In this document: one piece after another, positions 1 through 14,400 of the stretch
Layout: every line of letters begins with the position of its first letter
How positions within the stretch are numbered: position 1 is the first letter of the stretch
Assembly: GCF_009914755.1 (NCBI RefSeq)
Contig: NC_060946.1
DNA: 64,000 nt
DNA from: the human T2T-CHM13v2.0 reference genome, Homo sapiens
Strand: one strand, 5' to 3'
The notes under the pieces: model-generated
Database searches by the model: none
The model's input: the letters and a program-made list of their open reading frames with translations, nothing else
Told to the model about the DNA's origin: nothing
Position numbers and translations under genes: made by a program

Positions 1-3000
1 CTTCAACTCTTAATTGAATGCAAGCATCACAAAGAAGTTTCTGAGATTTCTTCTCTCTAATTTTCATATGAAGATATAACCTTTTACCCCATAGGCCTCA
101 AAGCTCTCCAATTGTCAACTTGCAGATTCTACAAAAAGAGTGTTTCAAAGCTGCTCTATCAAAAGAAAGGTTCAACTCCTTGAGTTTAATGCACGCATGA
201 CAAAGAAGTTTTTGAGAATTCTTCTGTCTAGTGTTTATGAGAAGATATTTCCGTTTCTAATGAAGACCTCATAGCCGTCCAAATATCCACTTGCAGAATC
301 TACAAAAAGAGTGTCTCAAAACTGCTCCATGGAAAGGTATCTTCAACTCTGTGAGTTGAATGCAAACATCACAAAGACGTTTCTGAGAATGCTTCTATCT
401 AGTTTTTGTGTGAAGATACTTCCTTTTCCACCATAGGACTCAAAGCTCTCCAAATGTCCACTTTCAGATTCTACAAAAAGAGTTTTTCAAACCTGCTCTA
501 TGAAAAGAGAGGTTCAAATCTGTGAGTTGAATGCACACATCACAAAGAAGTTCCTGAGAATGCTTCTCTCTAGTTTTTATATGAAGATACTTCCTTTTCC
601 ACCATAGGCCTCAAAGCTCTCCAAATGTCCACTTCAGATTCTACAAAATGAATGTTTCAAACCTGCTCTACCAAAATAAAGGTTCAGCTCTGTGATTTGA
701 ATGCGCACATCACAAATAATTTTACGAGAATGCTTCTGTCTAGTTTTTATGTGAAGATATATCCTTTTCCACCATAGGCCTCAAAGAGTTCCAAATGTCC
801 ACTTGCAGATCCTGCAAAAAGAGTGTTTCAACCCTGCTCTATGAAAAGGAAGGTTCAACTCTGTGAGTTGAATGCACACATCACAAAGGAGTTTCTGAGA
901 ATGCTTCTGTCTTGGGTTTATGTGAAGACACTCCCGTTTCCAATGAAGGCCTCAAAGTGGTCCAAATATCCACTTGCAGATTCTACTAAAAGAGTGTTTC
1001 AAAAGTGCTCTATGATAAGGTATGTTCAACTCTGTGAATTGAATGCACACATCATGAAAACTTTCTGAGAATGCTTCTGTCTAGTTTTTATGGGAAGATA
1101 TTTCCTTTTCCACCATAGGCCTCAAAGCACTCCAAATATCCACTTGCTGATTCTAGAAAAAGAGTGTTTCAAAACTGCTCCATCAAAAGAAAGGTACAAG
1201 TCCGTGAGTTGAATGCACACAGTACAAAAAAGTTTTTGAGAAAGCTTCTATCTAGTGATTATGTGAAGATGTTCCCATTTCCAACGAAGGCCTCAAAGTG
1301 GTCCAAATATTCACTTGCAGATTCTACAAAAAGAGCATTTCAAAACTGCTCGATGAAAAGGTATGTTCATCTCTATGAGTTGAACGCAAACATCACAATG
1401 TAGTTCCTTAGAATTCTTCTGTCTGGTTTTTATTTGAAGATATTTCCTTTTCCACCATAGGCCTCATAGCTCTAAAAATATCCGGTACCGATTCTACAAA
1501 AAGAGTGTTTCAAACATGCTCTATCAAAAGAAAGTTTCAACTCTTTGAGTTGAATGCACACATCACAACGAAGTTTCTGAGAATGCTTCTGCCTGTTTTT
1601 GTGTGAACATATTCCCGTTTCCAACGAAGGTCTCAAAGCGTTCCAAATATCCACTTGCAGAGTCTAGGAAAAGACTGTTTCAAAACTGCTCTATGAAAAG
1701 GTATGTTCAACTCTGAGTTGAATGCAAGCATCACAAAGAAGTTTCTGAGAATTCTTCTCTCTAATTTTTATATGAAGATATAACCTTTTACACCATAGGC
1801 CTCAAAGCTCTCCAAATGTCAACTTGCAGATTCTACAAAAGGAGTGTTTCAAAGCTGCTTTATCAAAAGAAAGGTTCAACTCTTTGAGTTTAATGCACGC
1901 ATGACAAAGAAGTTTTTGAGAATGCTTCTGTCTAGTGTTTATGAGAAGATATTTCTGTTTCTAATGAAGGCCTCATAACGGTCCAAATATCCACTTGCAG
2001 ATTCTACTAAAAGAGTATCTCAAAATTGCTCCATGGAAAGGTATCTTCAACTCTGTGAGTTGAATGCAAACATCACAAAGACGTTTCTGAGAATGATTCT
2101 GTCTAGTTTTTGTGTGAAGATATTTCCTTTTCCACCATACGCCTCAAAGCTCTCCAAATGTCCACTTACAGATTCTACAAAAAGAATATTTCAAATCTAC
2201 TATATCAAAAGAAACCTTCAACTCTTTGTGTTTAATGAACACATCACAGAGTTGTTTCTGAGAATGCTTCTGTGTAGTTTTTATGAGAAGATAATTCCTT
2301 TTCCACCATAGGCCTCAAAGCTCTCCAAATGTCCACTTGCAGATTCTACAAAAAGAGTGTTTCAAACCTGCTCTATTAAAAGAAAGGTTCAAATCTTTAT
2401 GTTGAATACACACATCACAAAGAAGTTTCTGAGAATGCATCTGTCTAGTTTTTATGTGAAGATATTCCTGTTTCCAATGAAGGCCTCAAAGCGGTCAAAA
2501 TATCCACTTGCAGATTCTACTAAAAGGGTGCTTCAAAACTGCTCTATGACAAAGTATGTTCAACTCGGTGAGTTGAATGCACACATCACAAAGAAGTTTC
2601 TGAGAACGCTTCTGTCTAGTTTTTATGTGAAGATATTCCCTTTTAAAACGAAGGCCTCAAAGTAGTCCAAATATCCACTTGTAGAGTCTACAAAATGAGT
2701 GTTTCAAAACTGCTCTATGAAAAGGGATTTTGAACTCTGTGAGTTGAATGCAAACATCACAAAGATGTTTCTGAGAATGCTTCTGTCTAGTTTTTATGTG
2801 AAGATATTTCCTATTCCACCACAGGCCTCAAAGCATTCCAAATGTCCAGTTGTAGATTCTACAAGAAGGATGTTTCATACCTGCTCTATGAAATAAGGTT
2901 AACTCTGTGAGTTGAATGCACTCAGCACAAAGAAGTTTTTGAGAAAGCATCTCTCTAGTGATTATGTGAAGATAATCCCGTTTCCAACGAAGACCTCAAA

Positions 3001-6000
3001 GCGGTCCAAATATCCACTTGCAGCTTCTACTACAAGAGTGTTTCAAAACTGCTTCATGATAAAGTATGTTCAACTCTGTGAGTTGAATGCAAACCTCACA
3101 AACTAGTTTCTGAGAATGCTTCTATCTAGTTTTTATGTGAAGATATTCCCGTTTCCAACGAAGTCCTGAAAGCTATCCAAATATCCATTTGCAGCTTCTA
3201 CATAAAGAGTGTTTCAAAACTGCTCCATGAAAAGTTATGTTCAACTCTGTGTTTTGAATGCAAACATCACAATGTAGTTTCTGAGAATGCTTCTGTCTAC
3301 TTTTTATGTGATGATATTTCCTTTTGAACCATAGGCTTCAAAGCTCTCAAAATGTCGAACTGCAGATCCTACAAAAAGAGTGTTTCAAACCTGCTCTATC
3401 AAAAGAAAGGTTAAACTCTGTGAGTTGAAAGCACACATTACAAAGAAGAGTCTGAGAATCCTTCTGTCTACTGTTTATGTGAAGATATTCCCATTTCCAA
3501 CGAAAGCCTCAAAGCGGTCCAAATATCCACTTGCAGATTCTACAAAAAGAGTGTTTCAAAACTGCTCTAGGACAAGGTATGTTCAACTCTGTGTGTTGAA
3601 TGCAACCACCCTAAAGAATTTTCTGAGAATGCTTCTGTCTAGTTTTTATGTGAAGATATTCCCGTTTCCAACGAAGGCCTCAAAGCGTTCCAAATATCCG
3701 CTTGCAGATTCCACGAAGAGTGTTCCAAAACTGCTCTGTTAAAAGGTATGTTCAACTCTTTGAGTTGAATGCAAACGTCACAAAGATGTTTCTGAGAATT
3801 CTTCTGTCTAGTTTTTATATGATGATATCTCCTTTTCCACCACAGGCCTCAAAGCTCTCCAAATGTGCACGTGCAGATTCTGCTAAAAGAGTGTTTCAAA
3901 GCTATTCTATGATAAGGTACGTTGAAATCTGTGAGTTGAAAACAAACATCACAAAGAAGTTTCTGAGAATGCTTCTGTCTATTTTTTATGTGAAGATATT
4001 CCCGTTTCCATAGAAGGCCTCAAAGCGGTAAAAATATCCACATGCAGATTCTACTAAAAGAGTGTTTCAAAACTGCTCTATCAAAAGGTATGTTCAACTC
4101 TGTGAGTTGAATGCAAGATCACAAAGAATTTTCTGAGAATTCTTCTGCCTGCTTTTTATATCAAGATACTTCCTTTTCCACCATAGGCCTCAAAGCTCTC
4201 CAAAAGTTCACTTGCAGATCCTCCAAAAAGATTGTTTCAAACCTGCTCTATCAAAAGAAAGGTTCAACTCTGTGAATTGAATGCACATATCACAGAGAAG
4301 TTTCTGGGAATGCTTCTGTCTAGTGTTTATGTAAAGACATTCCCGTTTTCAACGAAGGCCTCAAAGCAGTCCAAATATCCATTTGCAGTTTCTTCAAAAA
4401 GATTGGTTCAAAACAGCTCTATCAGAGAAAGTTCAACTCTGTGAGTTTAATTCACACATCACAAAGAAGTTTCTCAGAATGCTTCTGTCTAGTTTTTATG
4501 TGAAGCTATTTCCTTTTCCACCCTAGGCCTCAAAGCAGTTCAAATGTCAACTTGCAGATCCTACGAAAAGAGTGTTTCAAAACTGCTCTATGAAAAGGAA
4601 GGTTTAACTCTGTGAGCTTAATGAAAACACCACAAAGAAGTTTCTGAGTATGCTTCTGTCTAGTTTTTATGTGAAGATATTTCCTTTTCCAGCATAGGCC
4701 TCAAATCACTCCAAATGTCCACTTGCAGATTCTACAAAGAGAGTGTTTCAAACCAGCTCTATCAAAGGAAAGGTTCAACTCTGTGATTTGAATGCACACA
4801 TCACAAAGGAGTTTCTGAGAATGCTTCTCTCTAGTGTTTATGTGTAGATATTCCCATTTCCAATGAAGGCCTCAAAGCGGTCTAAATATCCACTTGCAGA
4901 TTCTACAAAAAGTGTGTTTCTAAACTTCTCCATGAAAAGGTATGTTCAACTCTGTGAGTTAAATGCAAACATCCTTAAGAAGTTTCTGAGAATGCTTCTG
5001 TCTAGTTTTTGTGTGAAGATATTTCCTTTTCCACCATATGCCTCAAAGCTCTCCAAATGTCAACTTGCAGATTCTACAAAAAGAGTGTTTCAAACCTGCT
5101 CTATCAAAAGAAAAGTTCATCTCTGTGAGTTGAATGCACACATCACTAAGAGGTTTCAGAGAATGCTTCTGTCTAGTCTTTATGTGAAGGTATTCCCGTT
5201 TCCAACGAAGGCCTCAGAGCGGTCCAAATATCCACTTGCGAAGTCTACTAAAAGAGTGTTTCAAAACTGCTCTATGATAAGGTATGTTCAAATCTGTGAG
5301 TGGAATGCAAACATCACAAAGAAGTTTCTGAGAATGCTTCTGTCTAGTTTTTATGTGAAGTTATTTTCTTTTCCACCATTGGCCTCAAAGCGCTGCAAAT
5401 GTCCTCTTGCAGATTCTACAAAAAGAGTATTTCAAACCTGCTGTATCAAAAGAAAGGTTCAATTCTCTGAGTTGAATGCACACATCACAAAGAAGTTTCG
5501 GAGAATTCTTCTGTCTGGTTTTTATGTAAAAATATTTCCATTGCCACCGTAGGCCTCAGAGCGATCCAAATGTCCACTTGCAGATTATACAAAAACAGTG
5601 TCTCAAAACTGCTCTATCAAAAAGAAGGTTCAACTCTGTGAATTGAATGCACACATCACAAAGAAGTTTCTGAGAATGCTTCTGTCTAGTGTTTATGTGA
5701 AGGTATTCCCGTTTCCACCGAAGACCTCAAAACACTCCAAATATCCACTTGCAGATTCTACAAAAAGTGTGTTTCAAAACTGTTCTGTTAAGAGGAATGG
5801 TGAACTCCATGAGTTGAACGCACAAATCACAAAGAAGTTTCTGAGAATGCTTCTGTCTAGTTTTTGTGTGATGATATTTCCTTTTCCAACATAGGCCTCA
5901 GAGCAGTCCAAGTATCCACTTGCAGATTCTACAAAAAGAGTGCTGCAAACCTGCTCTGACTAAAGGAATGTTCAACTCTTTGAGTTGAATGCACACATCA

Positions 6001-6150
6001 CAAAGTAGTTTCTGTGAATGCTTCTATCTAGTTTCTGTATGAACATATTTCCTTTTCTACCATAGGCCTCAAAGCGCTCCAAATATCCACCTGCAGATTC
6101 TACAAAAAGAGTGTTTCAAAACTGCTCTACCAAAAGGAAGTTTCAACTCT
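1..6150 (-). repeat. Alpha satellite block 1: divergent monomers with irregularly mixed A-type and B-type (CENP-B box) monomers, SF5/R1R2-like
   Basis: ~171-bp tandem units (gaatgcttctgtctagtttttatgtgaagatatt...ccacttgcagattctacaaaaagagtgtttcaaaactgctctat), reverse complement of the usual alphoid consensus. The box position alternates between ttccttttccaccatagg (A) and tcccgtttccaacgaagg (B). Confidence 0.95.
1613..5723 (-). promoter_or_regulatory. Cluster of 7 CENP-B boxes with intact core (TTCG-N4-A-N2-CGGG)
   Basis: Reverse-complement TCCCGTTTCCAACGAAG at 1613-1629, 2976-2992, 3147-3163, 3660-3676 and 5194-5210; core-preserving variants at 4341-4357 and 5707-5723. Confidence 0.85.
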
Positions 6151-9100
6151 CTGAGTTTAATGCACACAGCACAAAGAAGTTTCTCTGACTACTTCTGTGT
6201 TGTTTTTATTTAAAGATATTTCATTTTCCAACACAGAGCGCAAAGGGCTCCAAATATCCACTTGCAGTTTCTTCAAAAGAGAGATTCTAAACTGCCCAAT
6301 CAAAAGATAGGTTCATCTCTGTGAGTTGAATGCATACATCACAAAGAAGTTTCTCTGAATGGTTCTGTGTAGTTTTATTTAAAGATAATTCCTTTTCCAC
6401 CATAGGGCACAATTGGCTCCAAATATCCACTTGTAGATTCTACAAAACCAGAGATTCAAAACTGCTCATTGAGAAGATAATTTCAACTCAGTGATTTGAA
6501 TGTACACATCACTAAGAAGTTTCTTAGAAAGCTTCTGTGCAGTTTTTATGGAAGATATTTCCTTTTCCACCATAGGGTGCATAGGGCTCCTAATATCCTC
6601 TTGCAGATTCTAGAAAAAGAGAAACTCTAAACTGCTCAATCAACAGATAGGTTCAACTCTGTAAGTTGAATGCCCACATCACAAAGAAGTTTCTCAGAAT
6701 GCTTCTGAGTATTTTTTATGGGAAGATGTTTCCTTTTCCACAATAGGCCTCAAAGTTCTCCAAATATCGACTTGAAAATTCTACAAAAACGGTGTTTCAA
6801 AACTGCTCAATGAAAAGAAAGTTTCAACCCTGTGAGATGAATGCACACATCACAAAGTAGTTTCTCAGAATGCTTCTGTGTTGTTTTTATGTGAAGATAT
6901 TTCCTTAACACAATGGGCCTCAGTGGGCTCCAAATATCCACTTCCATATTCTACAAAAAGAGTGTTTCAAAACTGCTCAATCATGAGATAAATTCATCCC
7001 TGTGAGATGAATTCACACATCACGAAGTAGTTTCTCAGAATGCTTCTCTGTAATTTTTATGTGAGGATATTTGCTTTTCCACAGTAGGCCTCAAAGGGCT
7101 CCAAATATCCACTTGCAGATTCTGCAAAAAGAGAGGTTCAAAACTGCTCAATCAAAAGATACTTTCAACTCTGTGAGTTGAATGCACACATCACAAAGAA
7201 GTTTGTCTGAATGCTTCTGTGTAGTTTTTATTTCAAGATATTTCCTTTTCCACCATAGGGCTCAAAGGGCTCCAAATATCCACTTGCAGATTCTACAAAA
7301 AGAGAGATTCAAAACTGCTCAAAGAGAAGATAAGATCAACTCTGTGAGTTGAATGCACACCTCACAAAGAAGTTTCTCAGAATGCTTCTGTTTAGTTTTT
7401 ATGTGAACATATTTGATTTTCCACAGTAGGCCTCACAACGGTCAAAATATCCACTTGCAGATTGTGCAAAAAGAGAGATTCAAAACTGTTCAATCAAAAG
7501 ATAGGTTCAACTCTGTGAGTTGAATGCATACATCACGAAGAAGTTTCTGAGAATGCTTCTGTGTAGTTTTTATTTGAAGTTATTTCCTTTTCCACAGTAG
7601 GCCTCGAAGGTCTCCAAATATCCACCTGCAGATTCTTCATAAAGAGAGATTCAAAACTGCTCAAACAAAAGATAAGTTCACCTCTGTGAGTTGAATGAAC
7701 ACATCACAAAGCAGTTTCTCTGAATGCTTCTATATAGTTTTTATTTGAAGATATTTCCTTTTCCACCATAGGGTGCAAAGGGCTCCTAATATCCACTTGC
7801 AGATTCTACAAAAAGAGAGATTCAAAACTGCTCAATCAAAAGATAGGTTCAACTCTGTGAGTTGAATGCACACATCACAAAGAAGTTTCTCAGAATCTTT
7901 CTTTGTAGTTTTCATGTGAACATATTTGATTTTCCACAGCAGGCCTCAAAAGGCTCCAAATATCCACCTGCAGATTCTGCAAAAAGAAGTATTCAAAACT
8001 GCTCAATCAAAAGATAGGTTCAACACTGTGAGTTGAATGCATACATCAGAAAGAAGTTTCTCTGAATGATTCTGTGTAGTTCTATTTGAAGATAATTCCT
8101 TTTCCACCATAGGGCAAAAAGGGCTCTAAATATCCACTTGCAGAATCTACAAAAACAGAGATTCAAAACTGCTCATTGAGAAGATAAGTTCAACTCAGTG
8201 GGTTGACTGTACACATCACGAAGAAGTTTCTTAGAATGCTTCTGTGTAGTTTTTATTGAAGATATTTCCTTTTCCACCATAGGGCGCAAAGGGCTCCAAA
8301 TATCCTCTTGCAGATTATAGAAAAAGAGAGACTCTAAACTGCTCAATCAAAAGATAGGTTCAACTCTGTGAGTTGAATGCCCACATCACAAAGAAGTTTC
8401 TCGGAATGCTTCTGAGTAGTTTTTATGTGAAGATGTTTCCTTTTCCACAATAGGCGGCAAAGTTCTCCAAATATCCACTTGCAGATTCTACAAAAACGGT
8501 GTTTCAAAACTGCGCAATGTAAAGAAAGGTTCAACTCAGTGAGATGAATGCACACATCACAAAGAAGTTTCTCAGAATCCTTCTGTGTTGTTTTTATGTG
8601 AAGATATTTTCTTTACACTGTAAGCCTCAATGGGCTCCAAATATCCACTTCCATATTCTACAAAAATAGTGTTTCAAAACTGCTCAATCATGAGATAGAT
8701 TCAACCCTGTGAGATGAATGCACACGTCACTAAGTAGTTTCTCAGAATGCTTCTGTGTAATTTTTATGTGAAGATATTTGCTTTTCCACAGTAGGCCTCA
8801 AAGGGCTCCAAATATCCACCTGCAGATTTTGCAAAAAGAGAGATTCGAAACTGCTCAATCAAAAGGTACGTTCAACTCTGTGAGTTGAATGCATACATCA
8901 CAAAGAAGTTTGTCTGAATGCTCCTTTGTAGTTTTTATTTCAAGATATTTCCTTTTGCACCACAGGGCTCAAAGGGCTCAAAATATCCACTTGCAGATTC
9001 TACAAAAAGAGAGATTCAAAACTGCTCAATGAGAAGATAAGATCAAATCTGTGAGTTGAATGCACACCTCACAAAGAAGTTTCCCAGAATGTTTCTGTGT

Positions 9101-11470
9101 AGTTTTTATGTGAAGATATTTCCTTTTCCACAATAGGCCTCCAAGCTCTCCAAACATCCACATACAGGTTCTGCAAAAAGAGAGATTCAAAACTGCTCAA
9201 TCGAAAGATAGGTTCAACTCTGTGACTTGAATGCACACATCGCAAAGAAGTTTCTCAGAATCTTTCTGTGTAGTTTTTATGTGAACATATTTGATTTTCC
9301 ACAGTAAGCCTCAAAAGGCTCCAAATATCCACCTGCAGATTCTGCAAAAAGAGGGATTCAAAACTGCTCAATCAAAAGATAGGATCAACTCTGTGAGTTG
9401 AATGTATACATCACAAAGAAGTTTCTCTGAATGGTTCTGTGTAGTTTTATTTGCAGATATTTCCTTTTCCACAATAGGGTGAAAGGGCTCCAAACATCCA
9501 CTTCCAGATTCTACAAAACAGAGATTGAAAACTACTCAATGAGAAGATAAGTTCAACTCAGTCAGTTGAATGCACACATCACGAAGAAGTTTCTTAGAAT
9601 GCTTCTGTGTAGTTTTTATTGAAGATATTTCCTTTTCCACCATAGGGTGCAAAGGGTTCCAAATATCCACTTGCAGATTCTAGAAAAAGAGTGACTCTAA
9701 ATTGCTCAATCAAAAGATAGGTTCAACTCTGTGAGTTGAATGCCCATATCACAAAGAAGTTTCTCGGAATGCTTCTGAGTAGTTTTTATGTGAAGATATT
9801 TCCTTTTCCAAAATAGGCCTCAAAGTTCTCCAAATATCCACTTGCAGATTCTACAAAAAGAGTGTTTCAAAACTGCTCAATCAAAATAAAGGTTCAACTC
9901 TGTGAGATGAATGCACACATCACAAAGAAGTTTCTCAGAATGCTTCTGTGTAGGTTTTATGTGAAGTTATTTCCTTTTCCACCATAGGCCTCAAAGCTCT
10001 CCCAACACCCACTTGCAGAACCTGCAAAAAGAGAGATTCAAAACTGCTCAATTGAAAGACAGGTTGAACTCTGTGAGTTGAATGCATACAGCACAAAGAA
10101 GTTTCTCAGAATCCTTCTCTGTAGTTTTTATGTGAACATATTTGATTTTCCACAGTAGGCCTCACAGCGCTCCAAATATCCACTTGCAGATTCTACAAAA
10201 AGAGAGATTCAAAACTGTTCAATCAAAAGATAGGTTCAACTCTGTGAGTTGAATGCATACATCATGAAGAAGTTTCTGAGAATGCTTCTGTGTAGTTTTT
10301 ATTTGAAGATATTTACTTTTCCACCATAGGCCGCAGAGGGCTCCAAATATCCACTTGCAGATTCAGCAGAAAGAGTGTTTCAAAACTGCTCAATCAAAAG
10401 AAAGTTTCAACTCTATGAGATGAATGCACACATCACAAAGAAGTTTCTCAGAATGCTTCTGTGTAGTTCTTATTTGAAGATATTTGGTTTTCCACTGTAG
10501 ACCTCAAAGCGCTCCAAATATCCACTTGAAGATACTACAAAAAGAGTGTTTCAAAACTGCTCAATCATAAGCTAAGTTCAACCCTGTGAGATGAATGCAC
10601 ACATCACAAAGCAGTTTCTCTGAGTGATTCTGTGTAGTTTTTGTTTGAAGATATTTCCTTTTCCACCATAGGGTTCAAAGAGCTCCAAATATCCACTTGG
10701 AGATTCTACCAAAAGATAAATTCAAAACTGCTCAATGAGAAGATAAGTTCAACTCTGTCAGTTGAATGCACACCTCACAAAGTAGTTTCTCACAATGCTT
10801 CTGCATAGTTTTTATGTGAAGATATTTGCTTTTCCGCTGTAGGCCTCAAAGGGCTCAAATATCCACCTTCAGATTGTGCAAAAAGAGAGATTCAAAACTG
10901 CTCAATCAAAAGATAGGTTCAACTCTGTGAGTTCAATGCACGTATCACAAAGAAGTTTCTCTGAATGCTTCTGTGTAGTTTTTATTTCAAGATATTTCCT
11001 TTTCCACCATAGGGCTCAAAGGTCTTCAAATATCCACTTGCAGATTCTACAAAAAGAGAGATTGAAAACTCCTCAAAGAGAAGATAATTTCAACTCTGTG
11101 AGTTGAATGAACACCTCACAAAGTAGTTTCTCAGAATGCTTCTGTGTAGTTTTTATGTGAAGATATTTCCTTTCCCACAATAGGCCTCAAAGCTTTCCAA
11201 ACATACACTTGTAGTTTCTGCAAAAAGAGAGATTCAGAACTACTCAATCAAAATGTAGTTTCAATTCTGTGAGTTGAATGCAAACATCACAATGGTGTTT
11301 CTCAGAATGCTTCTGAGTAGTTTTTATGTGAAGATATTTCCTTTTCCACAATAGGCTTCAAAGAACTCCCAATATCCACTTGCAGTTTCCACGAAGAGAG
11401 TGTTTCAAAACTGCTCAATCAAAAGAAAGTTTCAACTCTGTGAGATGAATGCACACATCACAAAGGAGTT
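6151..11470 (-). repeat. Alpha satellite block 2: all A-type monomers (SF4-like) with relic multimeric periodicity
   Basis: No B boxes seen. Recurrent words agagagattcaaaactgctcaatcaaaagatagg, cttctgtgtag and gggctccaaatatcc; marker words recur at +1707. Confidence 0.9.
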
Positions 11471-14400
11471 TCTCAGGTTGCTTCCTTCTAGATTTTATGT
11501 GAAGATATTTCCTTTTCTATCATAGGCCGCAAAGCGCTCCAAATGTCCACTTGCCGATTCTACAAAAAGGGTGTTCCCAAACTACGCAATCAAAAGAAAG
11601 GTTCAACTCTGTTAGATGAGCGTACACATCATAAAAAAGATTCTCAGAATTCTTCTTTTTTTTTTTGTGAAGATATTTCCTTTTCCAACTTAAGCCTCAA
11701 GGTGCTTGAAATGTCCCCTTGCAGATTATCCAAAAAGAGTATTTGAAAACTGGGTCTCCTAAAGAAAGTTAGAACTCCAGGAGATGAATGCAGACATCAC
11801 AGAGAACTTTCTCAGAATGCTTCTATCTACTTTTTATGTGAAGATATTTCCTTCTCCACCACAGGCCTCAAAGTGCTGACAAATGTCCACTTGCAGATTC
11901 TACAAAAAGAGAGTTTCCAATCTGCTCAACCAAAAGAAAGGTTTAACTCTGTGAGATTAATGCACGCATCACAAAGAAGTTTCTCAGATTGCTTCTGTCT
12001 AGATTTTATGTGAAGATATTTCCTTTTCTACCATTGGCCACAAAGAGTTCCAAATGTCCACTTGCAGATTCTACAAAAAGAGTGTTTCCAAACTACTCAA
12101 TCAAAAGAAATGTTCAACTCTGTGAGATGAACACACTCGTCACAAAGAAGTTTCTCAGAATTCTTCTGTCTAATTTTTATGTGAAGATATTTCCTGTTCC
12201 ACCATAGGCCTCAAGACGCTCTAAATGTCCACTTGCAGATTCTACAAAAAGAGAGTTTCAAAACTGCTCAATCAAAAGAAACGGTTATCTCTGTGAGATG
12301 AATGCATATATCACAAACAAGTTTCTCATATTGCTTCTGTCTAGATTTTATGTGAAGATATTTACTTTTCTACCATAGACCACAAAGTGCTCCAAATGTC
12401 CACTTGCAGACTCTACAAGAAAGAGTGGTACCAAACTGCTCAACCAAAAGAACGGTTCCACTCTGTGAGAAGAACGCACACATCAAAAAGAAGTTTGTCA
12501 GAATTATTCTTTCTAGTTTTTATGTGAGGATATTTCCTTTTCCACCATAGGCCTCAAAGCGTTCCAAATGTCCACTTGCAGATTCTACAAAAAGAGAGTT
12601 TCAAAACTGCTGAATCAAAAGAAAGTTTAAACTCTGTGAGATGAATGCACCCATCACTAAGAAGTTTCTCCGATTGCTTCTCTCTAGATTTTATGTGAAG
12701 GTATTACTTTTTCTACCATAGGTCGCAAAGTGCTTCAAATGTCCATTTGCAGATTCTACAAAAAAGAGTGTTTCCAAACTGCTCAATCAAAAGAAAGGTT
12801 CAAGTCTGTGAGATGAAAGCACACATTCCCAAGAAGTTTGTCAGAATTCTTCTGTCTAGTTTTTATGTGAAGATATTACCTTTTCCACCACAGTCCTCAA
12901 AGCGCTCCAAATGTCCACTTGCAGATTCTACGAAAAGAGAGTTTCAAAACCGTTCAATCAAAAGAAAGGTTTACTCTGTGAGATGAATGCACACACCACA
13001 AAGAGGTTTGTCAGATTGCTTTTATCTAGATTTTATGTGAAGATATTTTCTTTTCTACCATAGACCACAAAGCGCTCCAAATGTCCAGTTGCAAATTCCA
13101 CAAAAAGAGTTTTTCCAAACTGCTTAATCATAAGAAAGGTTCAACTCTGTGAGATAAACGCATGCATCTCAAAGAAGCTTCTCCAAATTCTTCTGTGTAG
13201 TTTTGATGTGAAAATATTTCCTTTTCCTCCACAGGCCTCAAAGCGCTCCAAATGTTAACTTGCAGATTCTACAAAAAGAGAGATTCAAAACTGCTCAATC
13301 AAAACAAAGGCTTAACTCTGTGAGATCAGTGCACACATCACAAAGAAGTTTCTAAAAATGCTTCTGTCTAGTTTCTATGTGAAGATATTTCCTTTTCCAC
13401 CATAAGCCTCAAAGCACTCCAAATGTCCACTTCCACATTCAACAAAAAGAGAGTTTCAAAACTGCTCAATCAAAAGTAAGAGTTAACCCTGTGAGATGAA
13501 TGCACACATCCCAAGGAAGTTTCTCACATTGCTTTTGTCTAGATTTTATGTGAGGATATTTCCTTTTCTAACATAGGCTGCAAAGTGCTTCAAATGCCTA
13601 CTTACAGAATCTACAAAAAGAGTGCTTCCATAATTCTTAATCAAAAGAAAGGTTCAACTCTGTGAGATGAATGCACACATCACAAAGAAGTTTCTCAGAA
13701 TTCTTCTCTCTAGTTTTTAGGTGAAGATATTTCCTTTTCCACCATAGGCCTCAAAGCACTCCAAATGTTCACTTGCAGATTCTACAAAAAAAGAGTTTCA
13801 AAACTGCTCAATCAAAAGATTGCTTTAACTCTGTGAGATGAACGCACACATCACAAAGAGGTTTCTCACATTGGTTCTGTCTAGATTTTATGTGAAGATA
13901 TTTCCTTTTATAACATAGGCAACAAAGCACTCTAATAGTCCACTTGCAGATTCTACAAAAAGAGTGTCTGCAAACTGCTCAATCAAAAGGAAGTTTTAAC
14001 TCTGTGAGAAGAACGCACACATCACAAAGAAGTTTCTCAGAATTCTTCTGTCTAGTTTTTATGTGAAGATATTTCCTTTCCCACTGTAGGCCTCAAAGCA
14101 CTCAAAATGTCCACTTGCAGATTCTACAAAAAGAGAACTTCAAAACTACTCAACCAAAAGAAAGGTTTAACTCTCTGAGATGAATGCACACATCACAAAG
14201 AAGTTTCTGAGATTTCTTCTGTCTAGATTTTATGTGAAGATATTTCCTTTTCTACCATAGGCAACAAAGCACTCCAATAGTCCACTTGCAGATTCTACAA
14301 AAAGAATGTTTCTAAACTGCCCAATCAAAAGGAAGGTTCAACTTTGTGAGATAAATGCATACATCACAAAGGAGATTCTCAGAATTCTTCTGTCAAGTTT

